From positions 62,001 to 126,000 of the forward strand of contig CM030332.1 in the NCBI GenBank assembly GCA_017654855.1: 64,000 bases of DNA, read 5' to 3'. Below the pieces are notes generated by a model, which was not told where the DNA came from, did not search any database, and saw only the letters and a program-made list of their open reading frames with translations. Position numbers and translations under genes: made by a program. Shown one piece after another: positions 24,758 to 38,263 of the stretch (within the stretch, counting starts at the first letter, position 1; every line of letters begins with the position of its first letter). The DNA is from Podospora anserina (lineage: Eukaryota).

Positions 24758-27700
24758 GCCGGGCGACCAACTGTGTTGCAGTGGTCGGATACCAGGAATG
24801 AGAGGCGAGGAGAATTGTCAAACAGAAACAACTTCTACTTATGGAACTCGTGAATAGAAAAGGAAAGAACGCCTTTTCTCGTGGACCTGCCCATGGAGGG
24901 TCCCCCGGGATAGCTCTTGCGGCCGGGACAGCTTAGGCCCGCTTCCAGCAAAGCAGTGCGCCTTGAATGGGTGGTACCTTCTGTTGTGTTCTGTTTGCCT
25001 CGGATTTTAGATATAGGTTGTGATACGCGATGCCTCCTGTGACGGACAAGGCAACTACACCGAGGCTCGATTCGGAAGCATGTCGGACCTTTTCGTGTTC
25101 AGGTTTGCAAGCACATGCTGATGATGGAATCAAAAGAAGAGAAAGAACAAGGGGGTCACTCTCTGTCTAACGTCCATCTTAATCTCATAGGCTTCGTGTG
25201 ACCTCCTCCTCCGGGCCACACCACGAGAGCAAACACCCTGGGTAGACTTGGCCCGATCGCCGTGGCCATGATCCTTTTGCTGAAGACGCATCACTTCGAG
25301 GGGAATTGTCTTGTTTGGTTGGTTTGAAAAGCATGGCACGGACATCTTCAATGAGAGCAGTCAAGGTGTTCATAGATCCGAATGACTGGACGGGATTTCG
25401 GGTATGCATACAATGCGATGTTTATAGCACTGTCGACGGGAGTCTGTTTCGTCCCAGCTTGTTGTTGCCCTGGCCGGGTGGATATTAAGGTCGAGTGCTT
25501 GGACCCGTGCAGTCACGGTCGAAGTTGCTGCAAAGCGACCCTGCAGATGCAGTCCAAAGTTTAATGACGGCGATCATTCTCGCAAGAGACCCAAGATGGC
25601 GGTCGATGGTAGGTGGGGATGGATGCTCGCAATACCAAGGTAACAAATTCTGGGTACTTAGCTGGCACCTTAGTGTAGGGTCATTTTGCGTTTGCATCGT
25701 AGGCAAGCATCAAGGACAAAGTTAGCAGAAAGGTCTCGTAATGTGTCAGTGGAAAGCCACGCTGAATTCAGGATTCCAAGAAACAACTTCACCCTTGTTC
25801 AAAACAGCAACTCAAGTCCCACGAAAGGGATGCTTCCCCTCGGGGACTCGAGGTACCCACGTACTTCACCAGGTTGCCACCGCAGGGTAACAGCCATGCG
25901 TCTGAACCTCTGGAGGTAGGTATCTGGGTGTCTCGGAGGGCAGTTAAGGTGGGCTTGCCCACTCTCTTTCCTAGTGAAGAGAATGCTTGTGCAGAGGTCG
26001 CGAAAGGGAAGGTGTCGATATGGCGGCGGGAATACTCGGGTAGAACTTTAGGAACAATTGAGCGATATTTGTGTTCTACCTTCCATGTGTCAACGTTCAA
26101 CACTGAGGCGGTCCGGCTTCGGCGGTGCAGGTCCAGACCGTCATGTGTTTTTTGGGGTGCCATTTCCCACTCTGCAACTCAAGAGGTATCGCCTGATATG
26201 CCACCGCAAAGTTGCTTGGGGAAGGTCAAGATGGATATCAAATCTTCCGTTAAGGCCACAGCGAATGTTGCTCTTGTCTGCCAATGCAGCTCCCAAAGGT
26301 CAGGATGTAGATGGTGGCACAGGAGGAGCAGGCAAGCGACCTTCTTGTTCCGGACAAATCGACTCACTTCATAGGCCAGCACTGTCTGGATGGCGGGAAG
26401 GCGGGGAGGGGTGACCCGCATTTCACAACGTTCGTCAAGGATTTTAGCTCCCGCAGCCCACCCCTAGTCTCCAACCCCACAACACAGTGTCCGGCTTGTC
26501 TCTTCACCGTGAAAGAACACGCCCACAGCATCAACATCATCAAACGCGTTGATGAAGGAGGAACTTTTATAGCATTTCGCAATGGACATGCTCTTCCATG
26601 ATGAGGGAGAACCTGTCCGCCAGCCTATTCCAGCCTTCTACTTTGCCATATCCCTGATCTTCACGTGGGTTTTCCCTCGCGTAACACAAAATCGTAGATG
26701 GCAAAAGTGCGGTGCAGTTACTGGCCACGGTTCGACCCTTGCCAAGAATAACACTGAGGGATCATCTTTCAACTACACCCGATGGAGCAAGAGCATAGAG
26801 AAGAGCAGCAGCGGTATGGATACTTTTGTCATCTATCGTCCTTTTGCCTTTTCTTCTGCCCAATCTCAACGTGATGGATACTACAGCGCCAAGCCGATTC
26901 CAGAAGTCTGGTCCGGTTCCATGGCGTTTGGCTTCAAGGTCGTCCACCCCCTCTCCCGGCCAATGAAACATGGGACCAGCCGAGAGTTACACGTGGAGCG
27001 GGGCAGGACAAGCTCATTAATGAGCCGGCCAAGCTTCCTTCTCTTCTCGGCATGGCGGCAGTCGCAGACTGAAGCAATGGCCAAGCTTCTTACGCAAACC
27101 ATCCCCCTGACATCAAAAAGCCAATGACATTGACCATCAAGAAGCCCACCCCCCGGCAGCGATAACGGCCTCTCTTGACAGAGATATCGACTCCATGCAC
27201 ACTGACGTTTGATGCCGCGCCAACATCTTATCAGCTCAAGTCACAACATCAACATTCTTCAGTGAGACAGCCGGCTGCACCAATGGTTGCCCAGACGCCA
27301 GACGGGTGCCCAGACAGCTGCCCAGACGGGCGGGAAGCAGCAAGCAACAGGCTAAAGCCCCCAGGGATGACACTTGCCAGATCGGCGGGGAATTCTTCGC
27401 GCCGTCTGCAGCCAGACAGCTTGCGCCATCAAGACCTGACAAGCGAGTTTAATATCATGACTCTCCCCCCTCAGAACCTAGTGGGCTACCGACCTGCCTA
27501 TTACGGGAATTCTTGTCGCTCCGGCGAATCGACTGACGGCCGACTGGGCGGACTGCTACATTGCCGTGCATAGATGGGTTGATCTGTCCAACGCCTGCGG
27601 TTGGTTGCCCGCAGGAGCTTTCTCCAACTTTCAATATGCATCCGGCAGACCGTTTCATCGGCGCCTCTGCTGCTTATCTCTGGGGTGGTCTGCGATCGAG

Positions 27701-28062
27701 CTGATGGTCGCCTCTTGTGGCAATGGTCGAGGTGGGATGACACACAAGCCCTAAGCAAGTCCCCAGATAACACCGACATGAGTAAAGCACATTCTGTTTT
27801 CGGCTTGGTCCCCGCCTCGAACCTCGGTGATGGTACTGACAGTAGAGCATCCTCAGGTAGGTACCGTGTAGCGTGCCGATCAAGCTTGGGGCGGAGTTCC
27901 TGGGGGACGTAACACAATGATTAAATACCCAGCTGCCCGACCCCAAGCGGTTCCGTGGGCTTCTGTCTCCCTTGCATTCGACGATTTCCCTTCAAAACTG
28001 CCCCGATCGCCTCTGGGGGAAGTGGTCAACAGCATACACCACACCACACTACACCGTCCGCC

Positions 28063-30445
28063 ATGGCTGACGAGGAGAAGAGGGCGCTCGAGACCAGCAC
28101 GGCCTCGGGCACCATTCGCCCATTCTCTGAAGGCCAACCACCCATCGAAGGTCCCAATGAGCTCAAAACGGAGCTGACGGTTGGGAATTCAGAAAAGGAC
28201 CATGGATCCGACGATCCCGAGGAGGAGGAGGAGGATTTGTGGAAGCCGCTGAAGATGGAAGCTGATATTCCCTATGAGGAGAATCCGCTTACCATCAGAG
28301 CCGTTGTTGTTGGTTGCATTTTGGGCTCTCTCGTCGCTGCTTCCAACTTGTACCTTGGTGAGCGATCTTGTCTGCTCTTCTCCAGACGTGTTGGTTAATC
28401 ATCATGTTCAGGTCTCAAAACTGGCTTCACCTTCAGCGCCAATATGTTTGGTGCCATTTTCGGTTATGGTATCCTCAAGTTTATGGAAAAGTCTGGTGGG
28501 CAGATTCCCATCATCGGCGGTTTGTTCGGTCCGCAGGAAAACTCCATCGTCCAGGCTGTCGCGACGGGTGCGGGTGGTACCGGCGGCATCTTCGTCGCCG
28601 CCATCCCCGCCATGTACCGTCTCGGTGTGATGCCCGAGGGCCACTCGCCCATGGATGACATTGGTGCCATCTTCACTATCACCCTGGTTTGCTCCTTTGT
28701 GGGACTATTCTACGTAACGCCTCTCCGCAAGTTCTTCATTGTCCAGGTCGCCCGTGAGCTGAAGCTCATGTTCCCCACGCCGACCGCCGTCGCCCTTACC
28801 ATCCGTTCCATGCACGCCGGCGCTGCCGGTAGTCTTGACGCCATGAAGAAGCTTAAGTGCCTCATGATCTGCTTCGTGGGAGCTCTGATTCACCGTGTCG
28901 TCTCGTACTACGCCATCGGCATCCTGTACGACTGGCACTTCTTCACGTGGATTCACATCTGGAGCGGCTACACCAGCTGGGCGCTCAACATTGAATCCTG
29001 GGGCTGGTATTTTGAATGGACCCCGGCCTTTATCGGTTCCGGCATCTTGATCGGTCTCAACCCCGCCATTTCCATGTTTGCCGGTGCCGTCATTGCCTGG
29101 GGTCTTATTGGTCCCCTGCTCGTGCACTACGGCGAATGCATCGGCATCCAGCTGTCTGAGGATCCCCAGTGGGACTCTTACTACAGTTTTGCCTCCCTCA
29201 GGAACCTCGGCACGGTTACGCCCTCTCCTCGATACTGGCTTCTCTGGCCCGGTGTCATGGTCATGGTGTGCTCGTCCATGGCCGAGCTCTTTGTCCAGTA
29301 CAAGGTCATTTGGAGCGGCGTCAGCACCATCTGGAACCAGGGCTGCGGTGGCATCAACGGAATGTTGGTCAAGCGTGGCAAGTCCAGCAACTTCTTCGCC
29401 AAGCACGGCGCACCCAAGGTCAGGAGCGAGAGCATGGTTGAGGACCCTTTCCCACCAGAGCAACAGGTCAAGAACTGGATGTGGCTCGTTGGCCTTCTCG
29501 TGACGGTCGTCATCTCCATGATCATCTTCCACTTCCAGTGGGAGATGAACCCCGGTCTTACCCTGTTGGCCATCCTGCTTGCCTTCCTCTTCTCGTTCCT
29601 CGCCATCCAGATCGGCGCTGTTACCGACACGACCCCCCTGACGGCCGCCGCCAAGGCCTCGCAGCTCGTCTTTGGTGCTGCCACTTCGGGAGGTGGTTTC
29701 AGCATCAAGCATGCCCAGAAGCTCAACTTGGTGGCCGGTGGTATCGCTTCTGGCGGTGCTGATGTGGCTGCCGCCCTTGTCGGCGATTTCAGAACCGGTT
29801 TCTTGATCGGCACATCGCCCATCAAGCAGTGGGTTGGACAATGCATTGGCAGTTTCGTCTCGGTGTGGCTCGCACCAGGTCTGTTTGTCCTCTTCACGTC
29901 GGCCTACCCCTGCATCTGGAAAGGTGAGGCCGAGGGTGAGAACTGCGCTTTCGACGTCCCCTCCGTGTCCGCCTGGGCTGCCGTGGCCGAGGCTGTCACG
30001 GACCCCAACGTCAAGATTCCCTTTAGCAGCGGCATGTTTGCCATTGCCATGGGTATCTTGTCTGTTGCGCAGGTCGTCTTCCGTCATTTTTACCTGGTGG
30101 GCGAGCGTGAAAAGTACCGCAAGTGGCTGCCCAACTGGGGTGCCATCGCCCTCTCCTGGGTCATCCCCGCCCCGGTGTTTGCCAACGCTGCGTTACTCGG
30201 TGCCATCATCGCCGCGCTATGGAGGAAGTACAACATGCGCACATGGGACATTTACGGCTATGCTGTGGCAGCTGGTGAGTTATTTTTAGTGTTTGGTTTC
30301 ATAACATGTGACTGACTGTGTTGTTCAAACAGGTTTCATTGCCGGCGAAGGTCTTGGTGGTGTTGTCGGCGCCGTCCTTACGCTGGCCGGCGTCGACGGA
30401 GCAGTCAAGGGCACACAGATTGCCTGCCCACTCAACTCTTGCTGA
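28063..30445 (+). CDS. OPT superfamily oligopeptide transporter (YSL-like branch)
   Basis: Introns 28358-28411 and 30275-30332. Motifs [51 protein letters not shown], and many TM segments. Confidence 0.92.
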
Positions 30446-30622
30446 TATGTTCGTTGAGCGGGTTGTACATGATTGCTTCTTGTGTTTATGGTTGGATATG
30501 ATTTAAATGGGTGTAATGATTTGAAAGCAGCGTATACCATTGATTTTCTTCTCAAATAATTGGATTCATGATGTTTATTGTGCAGAGAGTGATGATGCTA
30601 CAGCTATCTTGAATTTCCCAGC

Positions 30623-31959
30623 CTACGCCTGCGGAACGGCAGTTGCCCAAGGGTACGATGTGGCCAGGGGTGTGTTGTAGGTGCCCAGGCTGTGAAAGTT
30701 TCTGGTGGTGGTGGTGTTGAAAAAGATCTTTTGCACAAAGGGCAGGATCCCGTTACTGCTTCGGTCAGCATTTCCGTCCACACAAATTGATCAGGCATGC
30801 GGAAAACGTACAATCCGCTCATATCACAATGTCCTCCGCTCCTGACATTGATTCCAATCTTGTCCCCCGCCCCAAGCCAGTCATACACCACCTTGGCCGC
30901 TGGGAAAATGACGGTTGCCGTCCCTTTGCTGTTCACAAACTGGTCGCCCGTTCCCTGGTCGATAATCAACGCCCGCGGAGCGATGGCAGCGGCAATGGTG
31001 TGCGCGTCAAAGGGCAGGTTCTCGTGGTGGTTCATAAAACTCCCAAGCTTGGAATTCGACCACCACCCGGCACCCTGCTTGCTGTTCTCGAGGTTCTCCC
31101 CCTGCCCGGACAGCGTAAAGTACCGGTACGGTCCCAACCCCTGAACGCCAGAAGACATGGGCATGGTGACGGTGATGCGCTTGTCAAACAGCCCCGCGAC
31201 CAGGGCGGCTTTCCCCAGACGGGAGCAGCCAGTCACACCGACGCGGTAGGGGTCGATCTCTGGGACGGTGAGCTGGATCGCGTCGAGGGTGCGGTGGAAG
31301 CCCCAGGCCCAGGCGGTCAGGACGCCAATGTCGCGGCCGTTGTAGATGCTCCAAAAGACTCCCGTCTTGGAGTTGCTGTCGGGGGCCACGGTGGTGTAGT
31401 CGAACTGGGCGACGGCGATGCCGGCTTGGAGGTAGGGCTGGTTTTGCATGCCGCCTATGTTGATCACGACGGGCGCCGGACGGGAGCTGCTCGCTCCGGA
31501 GGGCAGCTGGATGGTGGCCCTGAAGGAGCCGCGTTTGTTTTGGGGACCCGTGACGGTGATTTGCAGGGTCGTGCCTGACCGGGTGGCTTCGACCTTTTCC
31601 TGGGTTGGGTCGGGGTAGTACCCGAATTGGTATTCTTGGAGGAACTGGAGGATCTCGGGTTGGCGGCACTGGTACCACTCAGCACGGGACCTGATGCGGT
31701 TGGGGGCGTTGCCGGTCATGACATCGCGGGCAAAGGTCGAGGAACCGGCGGCATTGTCGGTGGTGGTGTACTTTAACGGTAAAAAGGGGTCAGGGAGCGA
31801 GGACTGGAGTGGGAGTTGTTGCCAGGTCGGGAAGGGAGAAGGCAAGGGTGCGCATTGGACTTGACGGGGGGAGATCTCTTGGTCATTCTCACTAGATGCT
31901 GGTGCCGCAGCCGATAAAACGGCTGCTGTCGCCGCAGTGAAGAGAATGGAGTAACGCAT
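30623..31959 (-). CDS. CE15 glucuronoyl esterase, secreted, no CBM
   Basis: Signal peptide, AWAWG, VTGCSRLGK nucleophile motif, LPFDAH, and RSGGHC catalytic His. Intron 30756-30811, stop TAG 30623-30625. Confidence 0.93.
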
Positions 31960-32500
31960 GATGACTTGCTCTTGGACAGGTATCTAGCGATTTGCTCTTC
32001 AAGAAGCTGCACTCCGGCCTTGTCTGATATAAGACGACCAAAAAAAGCTGGGGTACATCAACCTCGTGGCATTAATCCCCGAACCCGTGCATCCCGTCAC
32101 CCGGATGCTTGGTCCTTGTGGGGTAGAGCCGTGTTGATGATGGGTTGATCCGTATTAGCCATATTGACGCGGCGTAAAAGGTGCCGGGCAAACAAGGCAC
32201 TCTGGGAGTTCTGTCATGTAAATCAGAGGCTTGATCGGGAACAAGATTCAAAACAAACAACGTGTGAGGGTTACAGTCTAGATTTATCCATCTTGTGTTT
32301 CCACCAACTGCAATCACCTGGCGTTTGTTGTTCAATAAAGAAGAGAAATATTTCCTGAAACCAGGTATTATAGAACCGAACTGGGATGTTGAGAATCAGT
32401 TTTCAAACCTGACAGCGCCTTTTCTCCAGAACCTCCTTTCAACCGGCCGTCACTTCATTCCAGGAACAAAAGAAAAGAACATGACAACAGGGCCAGACCC

Positions 32501-33767
32501 CTAAACCTTCTGGGCCGCCTTTTCATCCTCATACTGAACAGTGAATTCAGTGACCTGGGCAATGCCGTTCTTGCCTGGGTTCACCTTCTCCCCGTTCTGC
32601 ACCAGGATTCCTCGGTCGCTCTGGTCGTCGTCACCCAGTCGGTGAAGCTCGAGATCGCTGCCGGTGGGGGCGGGCCGGCTGGAGATGGTGATCATTCTGC
32701 TGCGGTTGCCACTGGCACCGGTTTCCTTGACGTAGCCGCTGTGGTATTGTCTCGAGGTTTTGGCGTCACGAACGAGAACACGAAGCATGGGGATAGAGGC
32801 GGCGATGATCGAAGCGGAAACCTCGGCGTTGCCCCAAATCCAAAGGTCAATGGCGTCGGCTATTTTAAGGTCGGTCAGCAAAACGTCCTTCTCTACAGCA
32901 GTCTGGGGGAGCTACCAAAATCTTCAGACAACATGACATTGACCATGCTGGTCTTGATGATGGCCGTGATGCCAGCAAAAATACCCATGCTCATGGCGAT
33001 ACCCACACCGATCTTCTCGCTGTTTCTCATCTGGAGGCCCCAGAGGAACTTCCACGGGAGCATGGCAAGTGTCAAGTCCATAAAGGCCGAATACGAACCC
33101 GAAAAGATGTTGTAGTGAACCAAGATGTGCGGCGCCCAGCACGTGCCCTCGACGAACATGTCCCAGACTTTTTGGATAGGCGTGCAAGAGACCCAGGGAA
33201 ACAAGGCGGACAGGCCCATGGCGATGTTCATGCTGATGATGCAGAACCAGGTGACCTTTTTGATCCAGCCGTCGGTGAGGTGAAGCAAGGTGATGCCGAA
33301 GGATGTCTTGGACCACACGGCAGCCGTGACGGAGAGGGTGCCCGAAATGTTCATGGGAAGCAAAAGGTGAATCATGTTCTCCATGGGGAAATCCCAAATG
33401 TGTTTGCCGTATCCCATTGTAGTCATGTAGGTCATCAAGGAAGATTCGGCGGTGATGCACAACTTGGCTCACGCGTCAGCACTGGGGACCTAGACAAGAG
33501 AATTGGGGGTATCGTGAGACTTACGATAGCTCCAATGAGAAAGTAATCATCCCACCACAAACTCTGCCTCTTGAGCATCCGGCAGTAGAGTCTCAGAGCC
33601 AAAAAGGCGCCAGCGACACAAGTAAGGGTCCAGACGCAGGCCACGAGTTTTGGACCGGCATCGTCGTGAGGAAGGGCGGCGAGCTCGGCGGGAGTGAGCG
33701 CGACTGGGGTGGCGAACTGGTCCGGTTTGGTGCCGTCCTCTTGCGTAGTGAGGACTACGTCGGCCAT
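32501..33767 (-). CDS. PTH11-like (fungal rhodopsin-domain) integral membrane protein
   Basis: LRLYCR, WWDDY, GYGKHIWD, SCTP..WD..GTCW, DLTLAMLP, IIAASIPMLR. Introns 33463-33524 and 32860-32915. No CFEM domain seen. Confidence 0.88.
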
Positions 33768-35870
33768 CGTTGGTTGTCTGAATGTCGATCCGAAACTCGC
33801 CGGAAAGCTAATACAAGGTGAACGAAACAAAGGTAACGAATGTATGGAAGAACACAACCCCAACTGCCAACGGTTGGGCGGCTGGATCGACCTGTGAAGC
33901 GAACAAAGATCTGCAGATGCTGAGATCGAGATTATCAGGGCAGTCGAGAGAATTAAGGGACCGGTGGGTGGGAGGCGGTTGGAATTGTTATACAGAATAT
34001 CAAAGATGGAAAGGATCGGAAGACACCCACTCAACAGCTGTGGATAAACTGAGACCTAATACCATGGAACTATCATGCCCCCGGGCTTCCCTTCCTTATC
34101 GACGTTTCTGCCGAGGGGTGGCCCTTGTCGTACCGACCTCCTGGGCTGGCAAGCAAACCCTGAAGGCCAGGGGATTGTGTTGTGTGCAGCCTGGTGGAGA
34201 GGGTTGGCTTAGCCAGAAACGGAAAGGGGTAGATCGAGCCCAGAACTATTGTGGATGTTTCGTTTGGGTTTTTGTTTTCGACCAGCATGGTCCCCGAAGC
34301 TTCCATATCGACATCAAGGGGCGCCGCCTTCAGGGTCACCGCGTAGCGTAGGGACTTGACCATTGATTCGCTTCTGTTCTGATGGATCCTTGGCCCCTAC
34401 TTTGCCAATAGCTTGGGATGTTGCTGACACACTCAAGGACAGAGAGGAGAAAACGCGGCCTATAATTTCTTATTCTTCGACATGATGCCATTCTGCGAAC
34501 AGCATCCTCCACGGGCCAACCAGCGTTTGTGTTTGTTTCCGCTCCTCGCGTGACTTGACGGCGGCAGTTGCACCTCTGTAGATACTGTATGCTTGTTAAC
34601 ATATATGCCTGCAAGAGCCTTGACGAGACTTTTGTGATCTCAGTCACTTAGTTTTGAATGTTACCCTCAGGTCGCACTGCTAACAACAGGCTTCCCCGCG
34701 TGCACGTTGCCGGGACCCTAGTGTGTTGTAGTGAATATCTCTAGTTCCACCTTCACAAGCCACCCTTTTTTCTTTTTCTTCTTCAGGTCGTCTGTGTGGT
34801 AGACTTTGCTTGTTGCTTTTCTCCTCGCTAGCTCCCAAGCGACTGGTGGTCCACGAGGATCTTTTCGGTGGAGCCTGACTTGTTTGACGAGATCGATCAA
34901 CAGTGCTCACAGGGCGATGCTGAGGAGTCAAAATCGGACGGTGGAGACGGGAAAAACAGAGAGGCCCAAGCTTGTTCTTCTCTTTGATAAAAAAGCGGCA
35001 TGAAAACGGCTGGCTCTTCCCGTCCGAGGCGGACCGGCAACGGCCAGCGGGTGGTGCGTCCGAGCGAGCCCCCGTGAATCCCGCGGTTATTCTGACCGAA
35101 GAAAAATTGAAGGATTTCAAACCCGGACAACACGTTTCGGCACACGGCAGTGCCCGATCACAGGCACCAGTCAAGCTCCCTCGCCCAGTCCCCGAACCCC
35201 GACCCTACCAGCGATTCACCTTCCTGTTGTGGTGATCTGGCAACTTGTTGCCTCTACCAATTTAAACTTTTCGACGACTGGGCCCACGCCTCTGGTGCCT
35301 GTGGGGTACGTGCTGGGATGCCCTGCCCTTGAGTATGGCAGCAGCTGGGATCAATTCTTGCGCGGCACTGTGGAGTACCGATCACAAGGCTGGGGATGGC
35401 CTCAACTCTTGCTTGGGTCTTGATATCAAGATGCTAGCTGATGACAACACCGCCTTCTCTCAGCACGACGACGATGCCGCAAAGACTGTCCACCAATAGA
35501 AACCTAACGCGGCATCGCCAGCCGACAAAAGATGGGCCAAGTGGACTAGCTCTACTGGTCTGTGACGCCGGCGTTGGCTCGGTCCATACGGAGTATATGG
35601 ATGGATATGCGGTCCTATAGGAAGAGGGCCGGGGTTGCTTAGCGGGCATTTAAATCTTGATGGGGTTGAAAGCTTGGACGCTTTAATACCGCCGTGCTGG
35701 AGCCGAAAGATAATATGCATAAATGTCAGGGGTCGCATTGGGCTGACCAAATATGAGTTCAATATACACCAAGAGGATGCCATCCAAAAAGGGCATGTCC
35801 AACTGTCTATGCACAGGGCCAGGTAGATATACAATATCAACGCAGGCAACCACCCCTACCCATATTTGGG

Positions 35871-37634
35871 CTATGCTCGGGCCTTTTCGGTTTGTGTAGT
35901 TGCCGCCGGCATCTTGGCTGATGCTTTGCTTGATCCCCAGAACAGACCATCAACATCCAACCCCACCACTTTGAGAACTCCGCAGGCAATGTATACCACC
36001 AGCCCAACAACAGCGATGAGATCCAGAATGTGCACCAGCCACCACAGGTGCTGCGTCCCCAGCGGGCAGGTGTCGTAGTCGGCCTTCCACTGCCAGCTCT
36101 CCTCGTCGAACCAGATGCTCAACAAGCCTGCGTTTCCGCCAAAGTCTCCCATCATGCTCCTGACGGTGATCTCTCTGACGCCCGGGACACCCTCCGCTTC
36201 TTTGCCCACCGTCTTTTCCCTTACCGCTTGCCTCCACCGTTTCACCTGCCACTCCACCTCTCCACCCTCGGCCGTCTGGTTCACATAATGATACGTGTCA
36301 CATCCAGCATGGTCGTGGCCGTTGAGAATAATGCCTCTTCTCCCCTTGCCGCCGCCCGGGGCACTGGAAGAAGCCGACATACCCAAGATTCCTTCCAGAA
36401 AGCCTGTTGACGCGGCAACACTGAGCTGGTTTTGCTCCTTCAGAGTCCCGTCGTGCGAGTGGAATTCGAAAAAGGGCTGGTCGACGCAGACACCGGTTGG
36501 TTTGTACAGCGGGATGTGGGTCAAAATCACGGTATAGTGCCCCTCAAACTCGACTGCGGCCGCGGTGTTGATGACATTGTTGATAAAGGTATAAGTATCG
36601 TCTTGCAGTTGGGTCGAGAGCGCCGGGGTGTCGAGGTTCATGTCGTTGAGCACCACCAATCTCAGCTCGGGGATCAGCCTGGTGGACTCGGTGTTGGTGT
36701 CGGGATCATATAGAGTCTTGCTGTCGAAACCTTCGGGCAGGGGCAGCTCAAACCGCAGCTCGTAGTTGATCTTTCCAAACGCCTTCTCGAAGCGCGCCGT
36801 CAGATTCGTGGTGATGTCTCCCGCATAGCCAATGTCGTGGTTGCCCGCCACGTTGATGATGCGCCTGGCCCAGGTTGTGTCATTGTCAAAGCGGGAGAGG
36901 TACCCGGACAGATCGTACTCCTCGGCCGGATACGCCTGCAGAGAATTGGGCACCTTTTCTGCGCCGCGAAAGACACGGTTCCAGTATCGGTTCGCGCGCT
37001 TGGTGAACTCGGCCTCGTTGAGCCACTGGCTACCGACAAGATCGCCCAATACCGTTACGTGTGTGGGGCGAGTCCACCAGTGGACAGACCGATAGATGTG
37101 GGCAAGGTAAAAATCGTTGCCGAACAGGTCGATGATCTTGCGGACCGACTCGAAAAAGTTGAAGGTGTCCTCTAGCAGAATATCGACAACATCGTGGAGG
37201 GCTTGCTTGATGCCGAGTCGCGACAGCTTAAAGTTGCGAACGAGAGATTTCGCATGGGGGAAAACGCCGAGGTATTCGATAGGAATCGAGGTAGAACCCT
37301 CCAACTGCGGATCGCCGAGGGTCAGAAGACGGAAAGGGGCTTTTTTCGAGGGGAGCGCCGGGGCGGGAGGTTCCTCGATGCTCGAGTTGATCGCTGTCGC
37401 TGTCGCTGTCGCCGTCGCATTGGCGAGAAAGGCGGGGACCCAGTGGGATTTGGCCGTTTCGAGGAAAGGCGACCGTGTTTCCGACGACGAAGAGGGCGGC
37501 AGCGGAAATGCGCAGGTGCCAAAAACTGGGTACAGGTAGAGATAAATCGTCAGGGCGATGGAGACGGGAATGAGGACGCGCAAGACATGGCGAAGAATCG
37601 CCGTCGGCTTTGGAAAGCAGCAGAATCGCGTCAT
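35871..37634 (-). CDS. TED1: Ted1-like GPI-remodelling metallophosphoesterase (MPPE1 family)
   Basis: N- and C-terminal TM helices. Motifs LGDPQLEG, DLFGNDFYLAHIY, LGDLVGSQW, GNHDIGY, THIP, NGHDH, EITVRSMMGDFGGN. Confidence 0.88.
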   Translation of the reverse strand: MTRFCCFPKPTAILRHVLRVLIPVSIALTIYLYLYPVFGTCAFPLPPSSSSETRSPFLETAKSHWVPAFLANATATATATAINSSIEEPPAPALPSKKAPFRLLTLGDPQLEGSTSIPIEYLGVFPHAKSLVRNFKLSRLGIKQALHDVVDILLEDTFNFFESVRKIIDLFGNDFYLAHIYRSVHWWTRPTHVTVLGDLVGSQWLNEAEFTKRANRYWNRVFRGAEKVPNSLQAYPAEEYDLSGYLSRFDNDTTWARRIINVAGNHDIGYAGDITTNLTARFEKAFGKINYELRFELPLPEGFDSKTLYDPDTNTESTRLIPELRLVVLNDMNLDTPALSTQLQDDTYTFINNVINTAAAVEFEGHYTVILTHIPLYKPTGVCVDQPFFEFHSHDGTLKEQNQLSVAASTGFLEGILGMSASSSAPGGGKGRRGIILNGHDHAGCDTYHYVNQTAEGGEVEWQVKRWRQAVREKTVGKEAEGVPGVREITVRSMMGDFGGNAGLLSIWFDEESWQWKADYDTCPLGTQHLWWLVHILDLIAVVGLVVYIACGVLKVVGLDVDGLFWGSSKASAKMPAATTQTEKARA

Positions 37635-38263
37635 GACATTTTCTTTTTGAAGATTACAAATTACAAGAAAATCAGAAAGGAGCGAAGAGAAGGAAAAAGA
37701 ATGAGGAAAATAAAAATCCGTTGTTGGCGTCGTCGAGGTTGATCATCAGGTTCGATTGAAACAATGGAAACGTCCCAGAAAAAGTTGGACCCCGAAAGTG
37801 GCACTTGTCAGCGAGCGCGTGCCACTGCAACGTCAAAGTCGAGTCGCGGCACGGCATGTCAGCGGCACATCAGACGCGGCGGCGGTTGGTTGGTTGGAGG
37901 CGAGGGTTAGGGTCCACTTGAAAATAGGAGGCCCCTTTTCATTTCATTGGACATCAGCAAAGTAGTGAATGACTGTTTTATTCTTCTACCCTCGAGCTAA
38001 GAAGTTCTTGCCAGAGTGGCCCAACTCGACAGTACAAGAATATCACAAAAACACAAAACAAATGCAATGCAAAATGACAGAAAACAAGGAAATAATGAGA
38101 TAACTAAACGAGTGGCCGCCCAGATATCCAAGCTGCTGTTAGCACAGAAAAAGAGCAATGCAAAAAAGACCAAGGCTCAAATGTCCATCACTGATCTAAT
38201 CCAATCCCAGTCATCCATCCTCATAAATGCTTTTGTTGATTTTGTTGAACATTGTCGGCAAGC

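Noticed and set aside
26582-27127. 181-aa ORF in the protease-OPT intergenic region
   Set aside because: No motif or clear coding bias; it cannot be supported without expression or homology data, though an orphan gene is not excluded.
28705-30087. 460-aa minus-strand ORF
   Set aside because: Antisense shadow of the codon-biased OPT gene; no recognisable motifs.
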